Source of the DNA: Chara braunii
Lineage: Eukaryota; Plantae; Charophyceae
Direction: 5' to 3'
Assembly: GCA_003427395.1 (NCBI GenBank)
Contig: BFEA01000015.1
Coordinates: 2,130,349-2,193,621, forward strand
Length of the DNA stretch: 63,273 nucleotides
The notes under the pieces were generated by a model. The model saw only the letters and a list, made by a program, of their open reading frames with translations, did no database searches and was not told the DNA's origin. Shown one piece after another: positions 24,661-36,888 of the stretch (the first letter of the stretch is position 1; the number at the start of each line of letters is the position of its first letter). The translations under genes and the position numbers were made by a program.

Positions 24661-24784
24661 AATCGGTCATTTTTTAAACTGACCGATTAGGTAATCGGTT
24701 AGTTTTAAGAACGACCGATTACGTAATCAACCGTTTTTGGAACAGGCCGATTACGTCATCGGTCATTCTTGAAACTAATCGATT
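24661..24784. repeat. 4 x 32-bp palindromic tandem array
   Basis: AATCGGTC-N12-GACCGATT-ACGT units. Confidence 0.8.
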
Positions 24785-24803
24785 GATGTAGCTAAGAGAA
24801 CAG

Positions 24804-24838
24804 CTCCCTAGGTTGGATTTGAACCAACGACCCAATAA
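24804..24838 (-). tRNA. trnN: 3' exon of an intron-split organellar tRNA, probably trnN(GUU); NUMT pseudogene
   Basis: TTATTGGGTCGTTGGTTCAAATCCAACCTAGGGAG (T-arm plus 3' acceptor strand) directly after a group II intron end; the anticodon is absent, so identity rests on similarity only. Confidence 0.68.
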
Positions 24839-25030
24839 ATTGGGTAAGCAGTGTATGTAATCTGACTAAGCTTCCCTTCGAACCGTGCGTGCAAGATTTC
24901 CAAGCAGATGACTCTCCACCAGTTTGGCAAAACTACTAACTGTTTCCCTTTCATTTGCATGTACTATGGAAACTATGATGGCACACTTCGTGCTGGCACA
25001 CTCGATGTTCCCGAATTTTCTTCGTAGAGG
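24839..25030 (-). ncRNA. Group II intron 3' part (domains V and VI)
   Basis: D5-like GAGAGTCATCTGCTTGGAAATCTTGCACGCACGGTTC; D6 GGGAAGC...GCTTACCC with a bulged A; ends AAT; upstream limit approximate. Confidence 0.82.
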
Positions 25031-25319
25031 CAACTTTCGTTGCACTTGCCACCGATCGGAAATGTGCATTGTGGTTGCTGGTTCAAAACTCAATTGCAGC
25101 CTTGCGCATGGACACCGGCAGGGTGTTAGAATGACGCACGGTTGAACACACATTCCCTTGGGCTGACGCACGGTAAGCTTATACAGACACTGCCTGCGCA
25201 CCATCCAATGGTTGTCCATGGTGTTATATGTCGGGTCTTGATACTGCGTGGGTTGCTTGTGGTTGTTGCTCGTGGTTGTTCGGTTGATCTCCCTAGTCTG
25301 GCATATCACACACAGGGGC

Positions 25320-25400
25320 TGTTTGCGGTTGTTGCTCAAATGGTAGAGTCTTCAAGTCCCACGTCATAGATCACGGGTTCGAGTCTGGCTGGGGAATTTG
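25320..25400 (+). mobile_element. Degenerate tRNA-like SINE head
   Basis: TTGCTCAAATGGTAGAG (A box) and GGGTTCGAGTC (B box). Confidence 0.45.
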
Positions 25401-25507
25401 GGGGGGTTCTTGTCCAACTTGGACTGTCATCTCTTCAAAATGAACACATAGTTCCCTATACATAGCATTGCACGTATATGGCCTTCGAGCACATACATCT
25501 TGCTATC

Positions 25508-25710
25508 GTACAGAAAGCCCTCACACGAAGTGTGCAATACTCCAGAAAGACCGAACATTCAAGAGTGCGACTTGGGTTATCGAAGGCGACATTACCACAA
25601 CCTGGCGACCGTCTCACAAGGTTATTCTATGAATTCTTTCAAAAGAAATTGCTTTTAGCCTTGTAGAAAATTTATGACCTTAGTTCGAAAATCCCTAAGT
25701 GTTGGATATG
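25508..25710 (+). pseudogene. Second degenerate group II maturase fragment (NUMT)
   Basis: SPHT..AILQKDRTFKSATWVIEGDI...HKVIL*ILSKEIA, then after a frameshift FMTLVRKSLSVGY. Confidence 0.8.
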
Positions 25711-28700
25711 CTCTTACGTTTTTGTGATCGCCTCTACTATGCAGTTACAAAGAGCACACATAGACTGCACATATCTCGCCTTCGGTCACATACATCTCGC
25801 TATACAGGCACACAAAGCACACATAGCCTTCGGGCAGATACAAAACACATGGCCCTATGCGCTCATACACACATACATAGCCTCTGAGCATCACACATAC
25901 ACACAAATTACGATACTGGGTTGGGGGGGTCTATTAGGTATATGACGGGGTTTACTAATACATGGCTTAGCTCTAGGGTAGGGGTAGGGACATAAGTTGC
26001 TCCGGTTAGTCTGAGCTCCACCTAGCCTTGGGTAAGCTAGGGGAATGGCAGTAGGATGTGTCTTCGGGCACTGGCCTGCCTTGCTTACGTAGATCTGTTG
26101 GATAGACTCTCTGAATTGGGCATGTAGAAGATTGCATGAGTCTGGCGTCCGAAGGGCCGTCCGCTTCCGCTTCCATCAGGGCTAGGAGGTCGGTCAGCCT
26201 TGGTGCTTGTCACTGCTATCTGGTCTAAGTTGCCCTCGATACGGTAGGGTGATGGTCCTTAGTGTTGGTCACACTAAGGTAGAATAGTAGGGACAGGGGA
26301 TGCGCTGACAGTTATATGGGGATGGGGTGGCCTATCCTGTCAGGACAACCATTGGCTGCCGCTACTAGCAATCACCGTAGGTCTGGTCCTTGGTCTANNN
26401 NNNNNNNNNNNNNNNNNNNNNNNNNNNNNNNNNNNNNNNNNNNNNNNNNNNNNNNNNNNNNNNNNNNNNNNNNNNNNNNNNNNNNNNNNNNNNNNNNNNN
26501 NNNNNNNNNNNNNNNNNNNNNNNNNNNNNNNNNNNNNNNNNNNNNNNNNNNNNNNNNNNNNNNNNNNNNNNNNNNNNNNNNNNNNNNNNNNNNNNNNNNN
26601 NNGGCGTAAGGGGCGAAGTGGGGAAAGGTGAGGGATTGAAGGCAGCGGAATGTGGGGAATTGAAGGCGGGGGAAGGTGGGGGATTAAAGGCAAGGGAAGG
26701 TGGGGGATTTAAAGCAGTGGAAGGTGGAGGGGGGGAAACTTAAGGTGCAAGCATGGCGGGGGAATGTGCGGGAGGGAAGGTTGGCAAGGCGAAGGAAGGC
26801 GGGCAAGTTGCGGGAGGGAAGGCGGGGCAAGGTGCAAGATGGTGGCGAAAGGAACGTGGAGGATTTTATTATTATTATTATTTTTTATTTTAGCGGTCTG
26901 ATGGGCCACGGATCAGATATTATCCTGATCAGATATTATATTGATCAGAACAGATACTACACTTTATCTTCGCCAAAACACCGAGAAAGGTGAAGACGGG
27001 GGAATGTGCGGGAGGGAAGGCAGGGCAAGGTACGGGAGGGAAGGTAGGGCAAGGTGCGGGAAAGGGGAAAGCGGTTGGTTTGACTGCCCGAAAAATATTT
27101 TTTTTCTTCTATCAAACAACCATAAACCTTAAGGTACTTCCTAAATTAGTTTTGTTGTTTATCTTGTCGACTTCATTTTGTTATGATTTTCAAAATACCA
27201 GTTTTCTCAAACAAATTGGTGATTGCAAATGGAACATAGATTCCAAAAATTATAAAAATACAATTTTTAAAAAGTTAATCTCATAGTTTTTTACTCCGTC
27301 CAATTTTCATGAAATGTCTTCCTTTCACGAATGGCTTCTTTCATAGATTGTAATGTTTTTAAAACCAATTACCCTATCTATTTCTTTCCTCTACGATTCA
27401 GCAAGTTTAAATAAAAATAGAAAAATCTTGCTTCACTAAATATAGGGAAATAAATCAGCATATTGTTTGCAGAGGTTACATGTGCAACTTTTAGCTTTTT
27501 TCTACCACTAGAAAAAAAAAAAAAATGCATAAGTGAAAAAGGAAATCCTCCATGCAAGCGTAAAATGGGTTCGCTCCTAATAGACCAATAAGCTAGTTGT
27601 TGCCTCTTATCGTTATTTTCAGTCGTAGATCTTGCATTATCCCCTTCTATTAATACCCTGGGTAATCTGTAATACCACTCATTTTTAAGCAATTACACTA
27701 ATTTCCCCTTTTTAATTATTTCGACCACAATCATACCAATGTGAGATAACAATGGTAATATTAAAGCATGATCTACTATTATATTCTTTGCTATCACAAA
27801 TTTAGTCTCAATAGGACTTGGCATGCCTCAACACCACAATAGTATAATTCCTAGTATGACCATGTTCTATGTAATCGCAATCTATTATCCGTTACTAGTA
27901 GTTACTGATTAGTCATAATAAAACCTCTCATAACCCACCTATGAAAATTGGATATAAAATTATTAAATTACATTTCGAAGATAACAAAACATTTAACTAA
28001 CAATTATCTTATACATTATGAAAATGAATAAGGCAACATCACTTTAATTTTTAAACCGAGTTATTCATTTACTAAATAATATTGTATACGTCTTACAAAT
28101 CTAATTTCAATTAAACAGATGATATGTTTAATTATCTTTTTCACTCTGTTAACTCGCATTTTAAAAAATAATTTTTACTTTGTTATTAGCAGGAGTATAG
28201 GATGATAGTCTCTTATGTTTATGTTTTGAAACCTAAAATGAAGCTTATCATATAATATCATTAGTTAAATTTTAATTCTTTAATTCTTTAAAATAAATGA
28301 GTTCAAAAAAGATATGGAAGTCTAATTGTCACATCCTGTATTCTCCTAGGGACTGAGACACTAACCTACATATTTTTAATTAAACGAGTCATTGCAAAGT
28401 ATTTCTCATTAAGCACAAAGTTAGCGTAGTAATTATGTACATCTGACGTTTGTCGGATCCTATACACGATCAATAGGAAAAACAAAATCTAACCATACTC
28501 AATTTTCTCTTTGACTTTGTCAATGCGCACTGTCACACCCAAGGCTAAATATACGAGCTAAAATTTGAATTTTACCGAACCTCGAGGAGATGGATATCAC
28601 CGCAGGGGAAATTTAAGATGGTATCGATAATGCCTTTTGTTTTGGACCTACTACCAACACATGGAACAAATAAGAGGTCGTTGATTTCTCGTTTTAACTA

Positions 28701-28909
28701 TACCACACCCCCAACGTTGTCGTAATCGCAGTCAGATACATTCATGAAAGTTCTAGTGTGAGCACTACATGTACTCCGCCACTTCTGATGGCGAGAAGGC
28801 GGGTTATCAGAAAGGGTCACGTTAGAGTACTACTAAANAAAAAAAAAAAAAAAAAAAAAAAAAAAACTTTTAAACGTACATCGGTCACTCACGGCCCACT
28901 ACTCATGAT

Positions 28910-29114
28910 ATGCACAAAAAACAAAGAATGTGGTGATGTATATTTCCATGTTCTTGCGAGATATTCTCATTTTACACATTCGGTAAGAAGTGGATGGACG
29001 TCCGCATTCTCAAAATTGGGTTTCACTGCACTACTCTCAAATGTGCAAAATGAGAATGAATCTTATGCTAAGACATGGAAAGATGCACTGCCATATTTTT
29101 TATTTTTTGTGCAT
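28910..29114. repeat. Foldback element with long imperfect arms; related copy at 58051-58183 + 59168-59225
   Basis: ATGCACAAAAAA...ATTCTCATTTTACACATT mirrored by AATGTGCAAAATGAGAAT...TTTTTTGTGCAT. Confidence 0.75.
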
Positions 29115-29715
29115 GTGCAGAGTAACTCAGTGAGAGCCATTGCGTAGCCACTCGTGTCACTGCAACAAAGTTTTTGTTTTCTTCTCTTGTTTGGTTTTTT
29201 GCTTTCAACACTTCTCATGTCAATTATTATACCAATGAATTGGGGTCCGTTGAAACAGGCCCCTTCTGTCTTCAGAAATGATCAAGACGAGTGTTTGAAT
29301 GGGTGCATGCTCGTTCATTTATTTGGTTTTCCACCATCTGTCGATTGCTCCTTCGATTTTTTTTTTTTTTTTTCCCACCTCTCATCCGCCGATGTGGAAA
29401 TTGCATGGCCCGAACCACAAGGATATCTTGCAATCCATTTTTGTTTTCACTGGGCCTACGTCCTTCCTACCCTGTAGCTCTACCTGACCTGTCCCAAGCC
29501 TTTGAATTTTTCGTAGCCGACGATATTTTTTTCAGTGAGGCTGGAGTCGTGGACTGGTGGTTTAATACAATCGAAATATGATTAACCTTCTTATTAAGTT
29601 TGAGTTTTTCCTCTACTTATTCTATGAAGTTATTAATCTTCCACTTTTAAATTCGGGTCAAGTGCATCTACCTTAGGGGTCAGCCCGTGGTGAACTACGT
29701 TATTGTATTTTTTAA

Positions 29716-30153
29716 ACCACCGGTCCCCCTAACATAAGAAAACCTCAGGGGTACCGGTAGCGCCATTTCGCGACAAGTACCGGTAGTACAGTGTGGAAAA
29801 GTGGTCCTCCTGACGTCAAAAATCATCAGAGGTACCGATAGCACCGTTTCACAAAATTCAAAAATAAACCAAAAATCGGCCCAGCAAATATTTCACCGTC
29901 AAAATGATTTTTTTTTTTCCTGATATTTGTCCCTGAAAGATCACGACCTAATTTACGCACCCTCAAATTTTCAGACATTTTCATGTTTTTTTCTGAGCAC
30001 AAAAAATCGATAAAGTTGCCACTTGCAAAATGGTGGGACTGGACCCGTCGGCCTCCGTACAACCCGGCACCTCCGTACGACCGCCGCCCCTTCGTACAAC
30101 CCGGCCCTAACTCACAGGGACCAGGGGTTTTCGGTGGCGGGGGAACCGATGGT
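29716..30153. mobile_element. TTAA-flanked (piggyBac-like) MITE
   Basis: TTAA|ACCACCGGTCCCCC ... GGGGGAACCGATGGT|TTAA. Confidence 0.62.
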
Positions 30154-31982
30154 TTAAGAGTTAACAGAAAGCCTTACGCTTAAAGGGTAAGGTATTAAGC
30201 TGAAACAACTTCATCATTCATACAAAATTTTGTTTATTTTGAAAAAAATACTCATAAGAATTAATAGTGAATTCAGTGTTGGTCCCCCGGATGGACTGGG
30301 GGCCCCTCCTCCGACCAAGAGCCTGCCGGTTGGACCGAACGGTCCACCTACCCGGAAGATCCCCCGTCCAACCCACCACGTGACGCTGGGACAGAGGGTA
30401 CCAAGGAGTCGCGGCCATCCTCGTGATTGCCGATCCCCCAGGATGCGACTACCTCCTCAAACCCCAAAACCAAGGTTTTGGACCCCACTTCTTGAAAGGA
30501 AGAGATCGAAAACCACCACACATTTTCTTGAAGTTATAGGATCGAATAGGACCCATTTGTCAATTTGGCATTGTGTGGTTTACCAGACGATGGGCCACAC
30601 GTATTTGGGAGATCCTGATACTTGTCTACCCGGGAGCAGAGAGGAAAGTAAACTACAATTGATGTGATATTGCTGAAGTCATATCCTTCTCCAACGTCCC
30701 TACGTTCTCGGAAAGAGTTTTGGGTTTGGGTTTCAACTTGTGTAGTCAAAGTAACAATTCTGTCCGAGTTGCAACCCCCAAGAATAAACCTCTGTATCCC
30801 ATTACATGTATTTGGACAGACTGCCAAGCAATATACATTCGAACTGATGACCCACTATATGTAAAAAAATAGAAAAAAAAAAATGCTTCGCCTGCACGAG
30901 ATGAGAACTGAACCCGTAACGATTCCACTCTTGAGCCATTCTCTGAAACATTTGGCAAGGTCCTGCTCCTAGCACATCTCCTCCAGCCTCCGAGGTACTG
31001 ATATACAGTGGTATACGCCATAGTACCCTTACAATGCTGAATTGCAATTATGGGTCACGGAGGGGTAAGATAAGTAGCTTGATTAATCCACCCCTCCCAC
31101 TGAAAGCTACACCTCATCATCCCAATTATACGCCACCCCCCCTAGGACCCCCCCCCCAAAAAAATGGCATATTCAAAATTTTCTAGCAGATTTCAACAGA
31201 CATCAAAGAGCGCAGTCGTAAGACGCCCAAATAGTAATAATAATAATAATAAAAATTGGGCATTGTTTTGTTAAATCAGTTTCCAAGCTCACCCCACCGC
31301 CCCCCGGTCCGATCCGGCCACAGTTTAACCGGCCAGTTTCCAACCCAAAGTTGTAGTGAATTTGAATTTCTACATCTACGAAAACAATATGAAACATTAA
31401 TTCATTGTTATCATATTATGCAATACTATCCATATTGTTTCAAAGTCACGATCATTCAATTTCAGATTTTTTTTCTTAGTTTTGACTTTTTGTTGCTATT
31501 TTGAAATTTGATTGCTAATATTTTCTATGAATAAAACATTACGTAAACACAATAAATATTGAGGCACACTTAACATACAATATGTAAAACATTGCAATAC
31601 CAAAAAAAACAATTATAAACATGAACACTATTTTAATGGTATTGTAATATTGTACTAACTATTTTAATGGTATTGTAATATTGTACTAAGTTACTACTGA
31701 CACATATATTCCGTAAACCTAACACAGTAATAACCCCTGACTTAGATCTCAGTCGACATCAAAGACATTTCTGGAGGAGACACAATTTGTTTTCTAATGA
31801 TATCTTTTCAAAGATCGCGTGGTTTCAATTTTTTTGCGATCAATTTGACGCGTACATCGACATTTTAGTTTGGTCTTTGGTTTGGCCTGGCCACTCAGTC
31901 TAGTCCGAGATATTCAGGGCAGACCAGCTGGTCGGACAACGTTATACCATGCTGCAGTTAGATAACCCATACTCGTCCATAC

Positions 31983-33042
31983 CAGGGTTGCCAAGCCGGA
32001 CGTACGAAGGCCCCGAAGCAGACCCCCGAACGTTCGGGCGTTCGGGTCCGGGGCCCGCACCTGAAGGGGTTCGGACCCCGCAAAAACATATTTCGGCACC
32101 TAAATATTATTATTGTTTTCTGAAAATGTTTCTGTGAGTTCCCTGTGATGTAAGGTATATCCCTCTTAATTTTCAAGGCATTCTGTTCAGCCAAAACAAA
32201 AGGAAAAATCGGCAAAGATGGTGGTCTCAAAACTTGCTTGCCCACTGACTAATTTATTTTTTCTATTTTTTCACGTTTTGTTTTTTCTTTATTTCGGGGC
32301 ATGAAACAAAATATTTTTTTTTTAACTTTATTTTGATATATTCTCTATTATGTAAGATGCACATATACAAATTTTAATGGTATTTGTCACAGCAAAAAAA
32401 AATTGAAAAATCACCAATGATGGCGGTGTCAAAACCGTGCTTGCCCACTCAATAATTTCATTCTCATTTGATTTTCTCTAATTTTCTTTGTTATTATTTA
32501 TTTTTAGTATTCAATTTTTATTTCAAATTTGGTAAAGATTTTGGATGTAACATTGAGGCAAATGTTGTTTCATTTATTCTTCTGTATGACATATCGGGGC
32601 ATGAAACAAAATATATATATTTTTTAACTTTTTTTGATATATTCTCTATTATGTAAGATGCACATATACAAATTTTAATGGCATTTGTCACAGGAAAAAA
32701 ATAATGAAAAATCACCAAAGACGGCGGTGTCAAAAACGTGCTTGCCCACTCGATAATTTCATTCTCATTTTATTTTCTCTAATTTTCATTGTTATTATTT
32801 ATTTTTAGTATTCAATTTTTATTTCAAATCTGGTAAAGATTTTGGATGTAACATTGAGGCAAATGTTGTTTCGTTTATTCTTCTGTATGACATATCCTTC
32901 GTTTCAGTTTTTCCGAAATCGTTTTTTTCTTTTTTTCCTGGGTCCGCGTTCGGCTGAACGGCCAAACGCGTCGAGAGGGGGTGCCGAACATTCGGGCATT
33001 CGGGTTCGGGCGTTCGGCGCGTCCCGAACGCCGGCAACCCTG
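31983..33042 (+). mobile_element. hAT-type MITE with an internal tandem duplication of about 300 bp
   Basis: TIR CAGGGTTGCC/GGCAACCCTG; TSD GTCCATAC/GTCCATAT; internal units at about 32295 and 32594. Confidence 0.9.
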
Positions 33043-34453
33043 GTCCATATAATATACGTCACCAAATTTCTCCACCCAATGATGGGCAATCTTTTATTAT
33101 AACTCCTAAATATATGGCTATGATAGATCTCACCTTATCAAGTTAAGAACAAGCTCAAATATATTGGCTTTACCCTTTGCAAGCTTTTTCGGTCATTCAA
33201 TTTATTTTTATAGTTTGCATGGCAATTCTAAAATATGTTTCGCACGACGCATTACAATTTGAAGGAAAATACCATTGATTTTCTATTAAATTGTCCTTCA
33301 AACCACCACTACCTCCAATCCTCTTTTTGTCGAGCCTGATTTTCACNNNNNNNNNNNNNNNNNNNNNNNNNNNNNNNNNNNNNNNNNNNNNNNNNNNNNN
33401 NNNNNNNNNNNNNNNNNNNNNNNNNNNNNNNNNNNNNNNNNNNNNNNNNNNNNNNNNNNNNNNNNNNNNNNNNNNNNNNNNNNNNNNNNNNNNNNNNNNN
33501 NNNNNNNNNNNNNNNNNNNNNNNNNNNNNNNNNNNNNNNNNNNNNNNNNNNNNNNNNNNNNNNNNNNCAGGATGTTACAGCGCTGAGACAACTACGTGCC
33601 ACCCCGTGAAGTTCGCCCTGCCTGGCTGGCAGGGCACTACAACGTCATGAAAACAAAAACAAAAAGAAGAACAAAAGGAAACACTTCCCCCAATAGTGGC
33701 CAGATACATCCCTCAAAGCACTAGTGTTACGTGCACCCTCGCGGGGGCCTTCCCGACGTCCTTGCTCTCTGTTTCTTTTCTTTTTTTCTTGTTTTTTTCC
33801 TTTTTATTTCGTCGGCTTCCAACCCAGCCCCACGCCCCGTGTTTTCGGGAGTAGGCTACTAGATGCACTTTGCGTTTGCCTACGAAAGGTAGTGGTGGTT
33901 TAAGGGAATGACTGTCTCTGTAATAAGCAAAAAATATCTTTCACTTTAATGAACAAAGAATACCTTTAACAAGATATGACACTTCGTATTTTTTCATTAA
34001 GACAACAAATAATCATGAACAAACTTTAAGATACAGAACAGTTTAGACTTTTCATAATTTTCATTAAGATTATAACAAATGTTGATTGAACGTTTTCATT
34101 AACAATCCAGTTAAAAAAAAAATCAAATAGGCAAAAGAAAGAACAACTCTTACGGCGACATCAATTAACCTCTACATAGTACATATGCTTTATGGTTCTT
34201 CTTCAAACCACCACTACCGTTCCGAAAAACAGGAATATACGTCACACTGCATTTTTCGGGGATCCGGGCGAGGGTTGGCTACAAAGAAAAAAAAAAGGAA
34301 AAATTAGGACCCTTCAGACCCACAATGAGAGGGGGGGAGGGGAACAACCAAGCGTTTCGAATCGAGCAACGTCTAGGAAAAGCCCTCACACAGGCGGAAG
34401 TGACACCAGTGCTTTGAGGAATGCGTCTGGCCAGTAGGTGAGCAAGGTGATTG

Positions 34454-34454
<1 letters not shown>

Positions 34455-34491
<37 letters not shown>

Positions 34492-34594
34492 AACACACCC
34501 GTCAGTGCTAACAGTGCTGGTACGAGCAGACACCGCTAGCACCTAGGGGAGGCTCCATCTCTTGGTGGGGAGCGACACCTGCTGGAAACCGGGT
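34455..34594 (-). mobile_element. Truncated SINE, same family as 42929-43094
   Basis: Poly(T) then CCCGTCAGTG...GAGCAGACACCGCTA.CACCT...GGTGGGGAGCGACACCTGCTGGAAA. Confidence 0.85.
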
Positions 34595-34627
34595 TTTTAT
34601 TTTGTTTTCTGTTCTGTTGTTTGCTTT

Positions 34628-35110
34628 TGGTGCCCTACCAGAGAGGCAGGGCGGATTCCACGAGTGGAAGCAAACTGCCACACTCACCTCATGCTCACTT
34701 AAGTAGTGTAGCTGTCCTGTATCAGACCCCGATCATAGCGTAAGGGATTGTTTTTTCTCATTCGTTCTTTGCCATCGAACAGATGCCCTCACTGAGGGCG
34801 GGCACAGTCTCACTAGTGTCTCATAGAATGTATCTGGCCAGGATGTGTGGAACATGATTGTTGTTGCCTTCGTGTTTTTTTTTTCCTTTTCCTTTTCTTT
34901 ATATGTGTATCCTCTTGGTGCCCTTCCAGTGAGGCAGGGCGGATTCCATGACGGGCAGCAAACTGCCACACTCACCTCATACTCACACAAGTACTGTAGC
35001 TGTCCTGTTTCAGACTCCAATTATGGCATAAGGGTTTTCTTTTTCTTTGTTCTCCCTGAGGGCACCGTCTCACTTCCACCTCGTAGAATGCATCTGACGG
35101 ATGTTTCTTT
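34628..35110 (-). repeat. Two tandem units of about 290 bp with a terminal stem-loop and A-rich tail (SINE-like)
   Basis: TTGGTGCCCT.CCAG.GAGGCAGGGCGGATTCCA at about 34628 and 34915, each preceded by a T-rich run. Confidence 0.65.
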
Positions 35111-35779
35111 TTTTTTCTTCTCCATTTTTTTTGTTTTTGTCTTTTTCGGACGTAACTGTCGTGAGTACCAGAAAAGAAAATACAACGGGGCCCAGGCTCC
35201 ACAAAACTCGGTGCGCAGTGAAATTCACTGTGGGTAAAAACAGGATTGAAATGTTTCAAAAAAAAAAACAAAATCATCCTCATTTTTTTTCATCTAAATT
35301 TATAATCAATTATATATTGATATTTATTGAATATAATTGAAAATATTGTTTAAAATCAAGAATATAAATAATAAAAATAGCTAAATAAAAAATAATGATC
35401 TGAGGTAGCCGGGGTTCAAAGATCATGCGCAAAAGAGTTGGTAAAATCATATACAGAATTTTCAAATAAAAGGGCGAAATAATTATTACTGAGATATTGT
35501 AATTTGTAAAGCTAACTTTAATATAGAATGAAGTACTTAATATTTTACGAATTGTACTGCGTCACCAGCCGGGCCATCCATGTTCCCTCAGATTGGCCGA
35601 CACGGCCCAGCCGAGCCAGGTCCAAGCAAAGTTTCAGTTAACTTTTTTTTTTCTTTTCTTTTTCCCTATGTTCTTCTCTCAAATTTTGTTTTCGCCTTTC
35701 ACTACCTTTTTTTTTTTTTTTTTTTTTTNNNNNNNNNNNNNNNNNNNNNNNNNNNNNNNNNNNNNNNNNNNNNNNNNNN

Positions 35780-35840
35780 TCCACCCCCTGAAGCCTCTGC
35801 GCTGCCCGCCTCTACACATCTAGATGTGTATAAGAGACAG
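35780..35840. other. Chimeric mate-pair remnant (artefact)
   Basis: 35780-35813 identical to Gypsy gag 46227-46260, followed by a partial junction adapter; next to an N-gap. Confidence 0.92.
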
Positions 35841-36744
35841 GTATAGAGGGGACCCCTGCAAGCAGAGGGCCCCACCGGCAGCCCGACCGCATCTCTGACT
35901 ACCGCTGTTGGGGCGGGGGGCAACATGAATTACCTCGTTTCAGTTAACTTCTCAAATAGCCCCATGACGGGGAAAGAAAAAAAAAGAAAAAAAAACACTA
36001 CATAAAAACCAGTTCCTCATGCAGAATGCAAATCAAACAACATTTCAGTACGGACCACCCCAAAAGTCGTTATGGCGAGGCCGGCCAGGAAAACAGGTTA
36101 CCAGGGTGTCCCGGCTGGTATCCTAGAAAATAAATGCTTAAAAAAACAAATAAATAAATGCATACTTCCATAAGCCCCTTAAAGCCCCTTCAAACCCGTT
36201 TGAACCTCGCTTATTCCCCAAAGGCACCATTTGGTGAGGCATCATCGCCTTTGCAGACGGCACAGAATCTGGGTATGTGTCAGTGAGTGCAAAATTCCCC
36301 CACTGCCCAAAACGAAAAAGAAAAGAAAAAACCTTTCTAGTATTGCTCAAGGCACCCAGGCCACGCGGGCCTCCCCCATGAGAGTTCGCCCCGAGCACGT
36401 TTGAGTGAGTACAAAATTGCCGCACTGCCAAAAAATACAAAAAGCACCCTCTATTTTGTGTCACCCAGGTATCCCAGGCGGGCCAACCCCGTGCACGTTC
36501 ACCCGCCTTGGTAACATAATTGCTGTAGCAAAAGTGAATCTTTTGGTTCACTATTTTTATAAGTTAATAAGAGATGTTCCGGCATAAAATTCTGTAAGTT
36601 TTGTCGAGTTTGATTTGCTTTTTGCTTTTCTTATACCTTCAGTCAGTAGGTGAGCTCCTTGGAAGGAGGTAACATTACTGCAAAGATCTTATCTTAATAG
36701 AAGTGGAGAGAAAGACATGTTATCATTCCTTGAATTGCGCTCAC

Positions 36745-36888
36745 ACCGCCAGTACCTTTCCCAGCCAAAGAAAAAGAGCCCGCCGGTTAACACGGAGGCC
36801 GGCGCTGGCCTTCCACAGCGGCCAGATTCATCCCGAATCGTTTGCGTGCAGGGTCCCGCGGCCAACATATGGGAAAGTTACTGGCGGT
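36745..36888. mobile_element. Short MITE; relative at 53932-54107
   Basis: 19-bp inverted repeat ACCGCCAGTA(C/A)CTTTCCCA. Confidence 0.7.

Noticed and set aside
24661-24784. CRISPR-like array
   Set aside because: The 12-bp spacers resemble each other; eukaryotic context; no cas genes
27570-27690. Tobamovirus/charavirus coat protein similarity (RVLIEGDNARSTTE...IRS)
   Set aside because: Short and gapped; the flanking frame does not continue the resemblance; kept only as an unknown relic
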